Shown here piece after piece: positions 24,889 through 32,648 of a stretch of 49,655 bases of DNA. How positions within the stretch are numbered: the first letter of the stretch is position 1; the number at the start of each line of letters is the position of its first letter. The notes under the pieces are model-generated. The model ran no database searches. It was not told where the DNA came from and was given only the letters and a program-made list of their open reading frames with translations. The stretch comes from Bacillota bacterium (lineage in GTDB: Bacteria; Bacillota_I; Bacilli_A; Izemoplasmatales; Hujiaoplasmataceae). The translations under genes and the position numbers were made by a program. The DNA lies in NCBI GenBank assembly GCA_022710895.1, contig JAKLGB010000001.1, forward strand, positions 17,446 to 67,100, read 5' to 3'.

Positions 24889-26607
24889 TCACATCATCAT
24901 CAGTTTTTCAAGGGCCCCACCATGCTTTAGTTTGGCGGCGGTTTCAAGATGACTTTTCGCCAAGTTGACGTCGATTTTCACTTTTCCGGGAACTCCCGTG
25001 AGATAAAGGCAACCGATTTCATAATAAGCCTCGGGGCAGGCAGGATCGGCAACGGCCTTTTTCAGCCATCCGAACGCGGAATCGAATTCGGAATCCCGCA
25101 TCAAACGGTACAATTCCACCATGGCGATCGCCAACTTCGCTTCCGCTCCCGATTCGAACCAATACCTCGCCACCCGGAGATCGGGTTCGATCCCGAGTCC
25201 GTCCCGATGAATCTTTCCCAAATAATGCATGGCGAAAGCGGAATTGGCCTCGTTATGCTGAGGATCCAGAACATATTCGATCAGCAAACGTTTTGCCGTT
25301 TGAAAGAGGGTTGCGTTTTTTTTGCTTTGGGCGGATTCGGCAGGCAACTCGTCCAGAATCATTGCGGCGTACTTATACTTCGCGCCCAGACTGCCTTTAC
25401 TGATTGCGGTTTCAAAACATTTGCGGGCTTCCGCGAATGAGGGGTCGCAACCGACACCTTTGTCGTGAAAGATACCCAACCAATACCAGGCTTGATGGTA
25501 TCCTTTTTTGGCCGCGGTCTCCATAAAGCCCAGAGCCAAAGCCGGGGTGGCGTTTTCAACGGCTTGACGATAGTTGAGGAGCCCAAGGTTCATCAGCGCT
25601 TCCGGGTCGTTTTGTTTCGCCGCTTCCATATACCACTTCTTTGCTTCTTCGGGATCGACGGGAACACCCAATCCCAAACGAAAAATATCGCCCAAACGGG
25701 TTAGGGAAGAGGGGTGGCTTTTCTGAGCGCATTCTTCCAACAGTTTCTTGGCCGTAGGGACATCGCGGGGCACTCCCAGTCCGTACAATAAGGAAACCGC
25801 ATATCCGTATTTTCCGTCGGGATTTCCCAAATCGGCGAGTTGTTTAAAATACCCCGCCGCCTTCTCGTGGTTCTTTTTGGCGGGAGCCTTTCCCTCGGAA
25901 TAGGCGTCAGCGACGGCTTTCAGAGCCTCGGGATCCCCGGTTTTGGCCAGAAGTTCTTGATAATAGAAGGTTAGTTCCAAGAGCGAACCGAGGGATTTTT
26001 TTCGAAAATGGGGATGATCGTGTTTCTGATAGATGGAAATCAGCCGTTTCATGGCTTCAACGGACCCATGGGATGCGGCTTTGTCCAACCAATACAGCGC
26101 GTTCTCCGGATTTTTCCGATAAGCTTTGGTTTCCATTTCGAACAACCCGACGTTCCACTCGCCGATCGGATTTCCCAAATCCGCCGATTTTTGATAATAA
26201 TCGCGCGCTTTTTCGCTATTTTTGCCGACGCCGATGCCTTTGGCGTAACAGCCCGCTACGGCATTGAAAGCTTCGACGTCGTTTTGCCCGGCGGCCTCCA
26301 AGTACAGACGAAAGGCTTTCTTGCGGTTTTTTCGAACGCCTTTGCCATGTTGTCGCATCTCTCCCATCAGCATCATCGCCGGAGAATAGTGACAGGCCCG
26401 CGCTTTTTCCAACGAATCCAAGGCCTTGGCAAAATCATTTTTGGTTAAGAAATAAAGACCGACATTGTATAAACCCACGGGGTTGTCCAAATCGGCCGCT
26501 TGTTTGTAAAAGGTATAGGCCATTTCGCGATTGACGGGACGTCCGATTCCGTAAAAATACGCATCTCCGAGATCATTCAGTTGTTTCGGGCTCATGGTTT
26601 CGTTCAT
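24889..26607 (-). CDS. Sel1-like repeat (SLR) protein, cytoplasmic, about 13-14 repeats
   Basis: Reiterated A..(W/Y)Y..AA..G...A...LG..Y..G.GV..D units, e.g. AKKWYMEAAKQNDPEALMNLGLL and ARDYYQKSADLGNPIGEWNVGLF. No signal peptide or TM. Confidence 0.85.
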   Translation of the reverse strand: MNETMSPKQLNDLGDAYFYGIGRPVNREMAYTFYKQAADLDNPVGLYNVGLYFLTKNDFAKALDSLEKARACHYSPAMMLMGEMRQHGKGVRKNRKKAFRLYLEAAGQNDVEAFNAVAGCYAKGIGVGKNSEKARDYYQKSADLGNPIGEWNVGLFEMETKAYRKNPENALYWLDKAASHGSVEAMKRLISIYQKHDHPHFRKKSLGSLLELTFYYQELLAKTGDPEALKAVADAYSEGKAPAKKNHEKAAGYFKQLADLGNPDGKYGYAVSLLYGLGVPRDVPTAKKLLEECAQKSHPSSLTRLGDIFRLGLGVPVDPEEAKKWYMEAAKQNDPEALMNLGLLNYRQAVENATPALALGFMETAAKKGYHQAWYWLGIFHDKGVGCDPSFAEARKCFETAISKGSLGAKYKYAAMILDELPAESAQSKKNATLFQTAKRLLIEYVLDPQHNEANSAFAMHYLGKIHRDGLGIEPDLRVARYWFESGAEAKLAIAMVELYRLMRDSEFDSAFGWLKKAVADPACPEAYYEIGCLYLTGVPGKVKIDVNLAKSHLETAAKLKHGGALEKLMMM

Positions 26608-26608
26608 T

Positions 26609-27559
26609 TCAATACCCCCGGATTCCCTTCAAATCGCTCTGGGCGGCTACGTGTCCGCGACGGGCGGCTTCGGCGTACCACTTGGCGGCCGAAGGAAACG
26701 ACGAAGGAATTCCTTCGCCGGTTTCTAACCGACGACCGAGGCGGTGCATGGCTTCGGGATCCCCTAAAACAGCCGCTTTTTGAAGCCAGGAAACGGCGGA
26801 TTCGGGCGACCGAGGAACGCCGCGTCCTTCTCGATAGGCATCGTCCAGAAGCAAGAAGGCCCGGAGTTCTCCTTCATTGGCCGCGATTTGCAGGTAAGCG
26901 ATGGCGTCTTTGGGACGTTCGCCCGCAAACAGATCCGCCCCGATGGCAAAAATGTCTTGGGTGGTCCGTTCGTCGCGTTTGCTTTTCGTTCCGATCAGGC
27001 GGAATTGATTCATGGCGTCCACCGACCCCAAGGCCAAGGCTTTATTCAGCCATGAGAAGGCGTTTTCGGGACTTTTGGTGACGCCCTTTCCGTTCAAATA
27101 GGCCATACCGATCCGAAACGTGGCATATGGATGCTGGAGGCGTTTGGTCAAATCGACGTACAACGAGAGGGCTTTTTGGTCATTCGGTTCGGTACCGATC
27201 CCCTCTTCGTGGCAAATGGCTTCCCGCAGTTGGGCATCGACCGATCCGCGAATGGCCGCGGCGGCGTAGTATTCGAAAGCTTTGGGCAAATCTTTGGGAA
27301 CCCCGCGTCCTTCTTCCAGGCAGCGTCCGACCATGTAGACGGCCTCCACATCCAAATCGATGGCCGCTTTATAGAAAGAATCGTAGGCCAAAGCATCGTC
27401 TTTTTTCATGCCCCAGCCGAAATAGGCCATCTTGCCCAATAAAGTCAACGCTTCGCGGTGACCTTTTTTGGCCCATTTTCGCACGACCGGCAACGCTTCG
27501 GCGTAACGGCGGATTTCCACTAAATGTTGCGTGTCTTTCCATACGGTTTCTTGATCCAC
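26609..27559 (-). CDS. Sel1-like repeat (SLR) protein, cytoplasmic, about 7 repeats
   Basis: AFEYYAAAAIRGSVDAQLREAICHEEGIGTE and AAKWYAEAARRGHVAAQSDL. GTG start at 27559 has a GGGAGGTG SD 7 nt upstream. The stop lies 1 nt before the next ATG. Confidence 0.85.
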   Translation of the reverse strand: MDQETVWKDTQHLVEIRRYAEALPVVRKWAKKGHREALTLLGKMAYFGWGMKKDDALAYDSFYKAAIDLDVEAVYMVGRCLEEGRGVPKDLPKAFEYYAAAAIRGSVDAQLREAICHEEGIGTEPNDQKALSLYVDLTKRLQHPYATFRIGMAYLNGKGVTKSPENAFSWLNKALALGSVDAMNQFRLIGTKSKRDERTTQDIFAIGADLFAGERPKDAIAYLQIAANEGELRAFLLLDDAYREGRGVPRSPESAVSWLQKAAVLGDPEAMHRLGRRLETGEGIPSSFPSAAKWYAEAARRGHVAAQSDLKGIRGY

Positions 27560-27583
27560 GTCCGAACACCTCCCTTGATAAGC

Positions 27584-27594
27584 ATTATATCACA
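27584..27594 (-). promoter_or_regulatory. extended -10 element (TGTGATATAAT) upstream of the SLR-SLR-queH genes
   Basis: Lies in the 44-nt gap after the GH20-like gene. I see no -35. Confidence 0.35.
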
Positions 27595-27603
27595 GAATTC
27601 TCG

Positions 27604-29439
27604 TCATTTCATGCCGGCGATGACGGATTTGAGCGTCTGCAGCCGGGAAAGCGAACGGTCCAGTCCCCCATCTTTGTTGCGGGAACGCCACAAGTCGGGA
27701 TGAGTCTGGATCCAGCGGTCCAAACCCGCCAAAATCTCGGTTCGCAAAAGGCCACGATTCCACCCGCGGACGCGGGTCAAAAACAGGCTGGCTCGGACGG
27801 CGGTTCCGATTGCGTTGATTGTCATGCGGATCTCGGAATCTACTAGATGTTTTTCGTCATCGTCTCCCGAAGGGCTGTCAAGTTCGTTTTCCGCGTTCTG
27901 CAACAATTTCAAGATGTTCTGAGCCGCTTCGGACGTCAATCGGTATCTTTTTAAAACCCGGGTGAGAACCCACCGTTTCAGAAAGACGGGATGCCGCGGG
28001 GAAGGATCGGAAAACATCACCGGGGCAAACGCCATTGTGGCGTTATATACGTGTTGGTTTTCCAGTTCCGAATACCCGGCCAAGGTCAAAATCGCCCGAG
28101 CGGAACCGGACGAAGTCCAGGAGGCCAGCCGGGACAGAATGGCATTTTCCTCCAGGGCTTTCCCTTCCCACGCGCAGGAACCGGCATAGATCAGCCCCGG
28201 GTAGGTGAACGGCAGATACTGAAGGTGTCCGAAATCGCCCCAATCCGTCAGTAAAATCCCTTCGCCCCCGTGCTGAACGGCACTCTGTACGGCACTTCCG
28301 ACCGTGGCGAGCATATCTCTTTTTCGGGAAGCAAAACTGCACCAGGACGAGGTACCCGGACACCCTACGAAGCGAACTCCTTGTCGGGACAATTCGCGCA
28401 TATGGGCGTCAAAATCATAGTCATAATCATATCCCCAGTCCAAAAAAAGCAGGTCTTTGGGGAGACGGGCGATGACTTCAGGGTGTTTGAGGAGAACGTC
28501 TCCCCACATCATCGGTTGTTTTCCCGCTTGTTGCAAATGCGCCAACAAACGGGAAATGAAATCGACGTAAACCGTCCCGAGTCCCGACTTCCGCACCGCC
28601 TTGCGGCTCTTTCCGCGACCGAGTTCAAACGGCTCATCCCCGTTGAGGTTGAAGCGGGGAGAACGGGAATGGGGAAGCAGATCGTCGAACATCCGAGTGA
28701 CGAGTTCCGGACTGCGGGGATCCAACGGATTGAGTGTCGAGGACGGAAAATGAAAACCATATTGGAAAAAGCCTGCAGGACATTCGGCCAGCGAGCGATA
28801 TTCCCGTCGTTTCAGCCAAGCCGTCATGTGCCCGAACGAATTCATATTGGGACAGAGGTCGATGCCGCGGACCGCGGCGTATTCTTGGAGTTCTTCAAAC
28901 TCACGGATCGTCATCGGGGTTTCGCCTTCGTTGACCCCGGGAAAAGAGGGATATTCCAGCGAAAAGCCTTCGACGTACAATTCCAAGTGGTTCATCCTCA
29001 ACTCCGACATTTTGTCGATCAACGCCCGAACGGTGGCGGCTTTCGGCACTTTATCACGGCTGATGTCCATCATGAACCCACGGAACGGGAGGGCAGGAAC
29101 GTCTTGGATGCGGAGGCACGGGAAGGAATGGCGATCGGGAAAGCGGAGGGACTGCAAAGTCCGCAATGCATAAAGAGCCCCCGAATAATCACGGTATCCG
29201 ATGGAACATCCGTTCGAATGGACTTCAAGAATGAAACCTTCTTCCGGACACTCCGTATCCGGGAAAAAGGCGATTTCGGCTTTTCCCGAATCGGTCGTTT
29301 CATAATCGAACATCTCGTCAAGAACCGATCGCAGTCCCGCCAGGGAGAACGGAAGGTTAATCAAAATCGAGGGCGGGACCGACCACTCACCCGATCGGTC
29401 TTCCCGGTTGCGAAAATTCAAAACGGAGGGATTCATCAT
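27604..29439 (-). CDS. glycoside hydrolase family 20-like protein (beta-N-acetylhexosaminidase-like), cytoplasmic
   Basis: GH20b-like N-domain (GFILEV..GALYALRTLQSL). TIM-barrel motifs LPFRGFMMDISRDKVP and NLNGDEP (D-E pair), plus WGD. The usual HLHLTDD strand reads NHLELYVEG. ATG overlaps the addA TGA. Confidence 0.7.
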   Translation of the reverse strand: MMNPSVLNFRNREDRSGEWSVPPSILINLPFSLAGLRSVLDEMFDYETTDSGKAEIAFFPDTECPEEGFILEVHSNGCSIGYRDYSGALYALRTLQSLRFPDRHSFPCLRIQDVPALPFRGFMMDISRDKVPKAATVRALIDKMSELRMNHLELYVEGFSLEYPSFPGVNEGETPMTIREFEELQEYAAVRGIDLCPNMNSFGHMTAWLKRREYRSLAECPAGFFQYGFHFPSSTLNPLDPRSPELVTRMFDDLLPHSRSPRFNLNGDEPFELGRGKSRKAVRKSGLGTVYVDFISRLLAHLQQAGKQPMMWGDVLLKHPEVIARLPKDLLFLDWGYDYDYDFDAHMRELSRQGVRFVGCPGTSSWCSFASRKRDMLATVGSAVQSAVQHGGEGILLTDWGDFGHLQYLPFTYPGLIYAGSCAWEGKALEENAILSRLASWTSSGSARAILTLAGYSELENQHVYNATMAFAPVMFSDPSPRHPVFLKRWVLTRVLKRYRLTSEAAQNILKLLQNAENELDSPSGDDDEKHLVDSEIRMTINAIGTAVRASLFLTRVRGWNRGLLRTEILAGLDRWIQTHPDLWRSRNKDGGLDRSLSRLQTLKSVIAGMK

Positions 29440-32400
29440 TCATCATCTCCTAAACGGATCCATTGCCCGTCCAAAACGGAAAAGAGATACGCATGGACGG
29501 GTTTTCCGGTCACGCGGGTCACAAATTCCCGATAACCGCGCAGTTGCCGGCGATAGGTCTCTTCGTCCAAATGTTTCAATTTATAATCGACCAGATCGAT
29601 GCGATCCGCACGTTCCACCAAAAGATCGATGACCCCCCGGCGGATTCCTTCGGGGGTGTCTTCTTCAAATTCGTATTCGGGATGGAAGACGGCGTCTTCT
29701 CTTTGGGAGAAGGGAGGGGTCGTTTCCCACTGTTGAAGTGCTGCCCGCACGGGCGGGGAAACTTTTTTCAAAGCTTGTTCCCAATGCTGGAAATCGAAGT
29801 TTTCGAGTTCCGCATGCAACCGAGTCCCCAAAATCAAGGCTCCGCCAGGGCTTTCTTCGCGAATCTTCGGAACGCTTTGACTAAAAATTCCGAACTTCCT
29901 GGCTTGAACCGGGTAACTCCGTTCTTCGTATCGAATGGGACGTTCGGCTCCAAGAGGTTCCGTGGCGGGAACCACTTCCGGTTTACCCCCTTGGGTAACC
30001 GGTTCGACCCATCCCTCCGTCAAGGGAACGGCGGCCAAAAGGTCGGAATACGAAGAAAATCCGAGACGGATTCCTTCATCAAGGTATCCTTGTGAATTGA
30101 GACGGATCCGCGGAGATCGCACGGCCGTTTCGTTGCGAAGCAGCACCACTTCTTCTTTGGCTCTTGTCATCGCGACGTAGAGAAGACGAATCCGTTCGGA
30201 GACCGTCTCTCTCAAGGCTTCATCGCGTTTCAGAAAATGCAGAACGGTTTCCTGAAAACCATCCTCCCAAGCCTTCCCGATCAAGCCATAACGTTTGTCG
30301 AAGAGGAAAAAAGTCTTGGAAGACGAGGTGTTGAAACGCTTGTAAAGACCCGGGAGATAACAAACCGGAAATTCCAGTCCTTTGGACTTATGCATCGTCA
30401 TCAGCCTGACGGCAGATACGGAAGAATCATAATCCCGCGCATACTCGATGTCAAGATCTCGGGAGCGGTTCAATTCATCAAAATATGCGATCAGATCATC
30501 TAGGGTAAATTCCGGAAATTGCCGGGCTTTGTCCACCAAAAACAACACTTTGGCTTCCACGTTCTCCGGATCCTCCAAATCGGCGATTCGCGAAAATATT
30601 CCCGTTTCGATTACACATCGTAGGACTGTTTCTTCCAGAGGCCGATGGTCGGAAAGCTGGGATAGTCCCAAAAAGACGTCGTCCAAACGACGGGTCGCCT
30701 CTGATTTTTGTAATCGTCCTCTGGCTTCTTCGATGGATGTGGGAAGCGGGTCAATCGCATCCAAAAGAGTCGAATCTTCGATGCCAAAGACGAAGGATCG
30801 ACCCACGCCATAGATCGCCCGGGCATATTGTTCGACGAAATATTGCCTGTCGGAGTAACATCGAATCAGGCGAAGTGCGTTCCCGAGGAACCGGATTTCG
30901 GAAGCGGCCAAAAATGGTTCATCGGTGATGGCGAGAACCGGTAGGCCGGCATCCACCAAGGCTTTTCGATACTCCTCGAAACCGGATTTTCGGTCGACGA
31001 GCAAGGCAAAATCTTCCGGCCTTGCCGGACGTCCGGATTCGGTCTGGCGGTCAAGGACCCGGAAACCCCCATGGAGTCGGGCGCGAATGTCGGCGGCGAT
31101 GATTGCCCCTTCGCGATAGGCTTTGGAAACCGCCGCGCTTTCTTCTTCCGAGACCGAATACGAAAGAATCCGAACCCCGTAAGGTTCTCTCGGAACGCGG
31201 AAACGCGAATATGCCTGAAGCCCGGGAATCAAAGCTTGGCGGTTTTGGTAGTCGACCCCGCCCACTCTTTCGTCCATCACCGTTTCGAACAACCGATTGA
31301 TTCCGTTCAAAACTTCGGGGCGGGAACGGAAATTGGCCAGCAAATCGATGGTCCGTCCGGTTTTTCGAGTGTCGAAATCATGATATTTTCGCACAAAATT
31401 CTGCGGGTTGGCGTTTCGAAAACCATAGATCGATTGTTTGACATCGCCGACCATGAAAAGATTGTCTCTTTCGAGCAAAGACAAAAAATGGTCTTGGAGG
31501 TCATTGGTGTCCTGATACTCGTCGACCAGGATTTCCTGGATCCGATTTCTCAGGGAAGCCGCCAACTCGGGATGTTGTTCCAATAGATCGATGGCCATCG
31601 TCATGATGTCCCCGAAATCAAAAAGGTTCTCAGAACGTTTCCGAACTTCCAATTCTTGAAGATACTCAGCGGTGGTGGAAACGATTTGAAGGACGCTTTC
31701 TTTGGTTTCAAGAACCGCTCGGATGGCTTCGTCCATCGAAGAAACGAAGAGTTTTCCGACATCGTTACGCAATCGGTTCCAAGCCTCCTTGAGCGGTTCC
31801 CATCCGTCACGGAGCGGTTCGCCCCAAACTTCGCGGGCTTCACCCCCCAATCGTGGCGAGTTGGGGAGCACGATCTCTTGGGATTTGGTAAGCCATATGT
31901 CCGCTTCATTGACGGAGAGCACCGGATCCAGACGTTCGGAAAGTTGCGTCACCCAAGTTCGAATCTTCTCATCCGAACAAGCACTGAGCATTTCTTTCAA
32001 CTCGGCCAAGGTTCGTTTCACCGTCGCGACCTGGCGAGCCAGCCGCTCGCGGAAAGCTTTTCGGATTTCGGCCAATTGTTCGGGGCCGAAAAAATGGGAT
32101 TCATACGTCCGGAACCAAGAAAAACGGTCCGGAATCATCTCGGTGGCCGCGGCCAATTGCCGGATGGCTTCGCGGAAGGTTTTGTCGCCTTTATCAAAAA
32201 GCCGATCGATCGTCGCCAAGAAACGCGGATCAGCTTCTCGGTACCGACGTTTCATCACCAAATCCAGTGTGGCGTTTCGAACGGACTCCAGAACGGCAGG
32301 GTCGACGATCCGGACATCGGGCTTCACACCCAAGAGATGATGGTACTGGGTGACCAATCGTAAGGCAAAACTATCGAACGTCGAGATGACGGCGTTGTCG

Positions 32401-32648
32401 AGCCGTTTCATCTGTTCGGATAGTCGGGGATCTTTTTGAATCAGTTTTTTGATTTTCGCCTTCATGTCCGCGGCGGCAGCGTTGGTGAAGGTCAAAATGA
32501 TCAAATCGTCGACGGCCACTCCGGACTGCAATTTTTCCAAAACTCGTTGGCTGAGGACCGCGGTTTTTCCGGAACCGGCTCCGGCGCTGACAAGGATGTT
32601 TTCACCGCCATGGTGGATTGCCAGTTCTTGTTCACGAGTCCAATCCAT
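29436..32648 (-). CDS. addA: ATP-dependent helicase/nuclease subunit A (AddA/RexA, UvrD-type)
   Basis: MDWTREQELAIHHGGENILVSAGAGSGKTAVL (Walker A), ILVDEYQDTN, and a C-terminal RecB-nuclease motif GVIDLLVERADRIDLVDYK. ATG at 32648 lies 9 nt from a GGAAGGAG SD. Confidence 0.9.
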   Translation of the reverse strand: MDWTREQELAIHHGGENILVSAGAGSGKTAVLSQRVLEKLQSGVAVDDLIILTFTNAAAADMKAKIKKLIQKDPRLSEQMKRLDNAVISTFDSFALRLVTQYHHLLGVKPDVRIVDPAVLESVRNATLDLVMKRRYREADPRFLATIDRLFDKGDKTFREAIRQLAAATEMIPDRFSWFRTYESHFFGPEQLAEIRKAFRERLARQVATVKRTLAELKEMLSACSDEKIRTWVTQLSERLDPVLSVNEADIWLTKSQEIVLPNSPRLGGEAREVWGEPLRDGWEPLKEAWNRLRNDVGKLFVSSMDEAIRAVLETKESVLQIVSTTAEYLQELEVRKRSENLFDFGDIMTMAIDLLEQHPELAASLRNRIQEILVDEYQDTNDLQDHFLSLLERDNLFMVGDVKQSIYGFRNANPQNFVRKYHDFDTRKTGRTIDLLANFRSRPEVLNGINRLFETVMDERVGGVDYQNRQALIPGLQAYSRFRVPREPYGVRILSYSVSEEESAAVSKAYREGAIIAADIRARLHGGFRVLDRQTESGRPARPEDFALLVDRKSGFEEYRKALVDAGLPVLAITDEPFLAASEIRFLGNALRLIRCYSDRQYFVEQYARAIYGVGRSFVFGIEDSTLLDAIDPLPTSIEEARGRLQKSEATRRLDDVFLGLSQLSDHRPLEETVLRCVIETGIFSRIADLEDPENVEAKVLFLVDKARQFPEFTLDDLIAYFDELNRSRDLDIEYARDYDSSVSAVRLMTMHKSKGLEFPVCYLPGLYKRFNTSSSKTFFLFDKRYGLIGKAWEDGFQETVLHFLKRDEALRETVSERIRLLYVAMTRAKEEVVLLRNETAVRSPRIRLNSQGYLDEGIRLGFSSYSDLLAAVPLTEGWVEPVTQGGKPEVVPATEPLGAERPIRYEERSYPVQARKFGIFSQSVPKIREESPGGALILGTRLHAELENFDFQHWEQALKKVSPPVRAALQQWETTPPFSQREDAVFHPEYEFEEDTPEGIRRGVIDLLVERADRIDLVDYKLKHLDEETYRRQLRGYREFVTRVTGKPVHAYLFSVLDGQWIRLGDDE

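Noticed and set aside
28270-29535. 421-aa plus-strand ORF
   Set aside because: It is entirely antisense to the GH20-like gene, which has clear family motifs. Its translation is low-complexity, it has no SD or promoter, and it fits the genome-wide shadow-ORF pattern.
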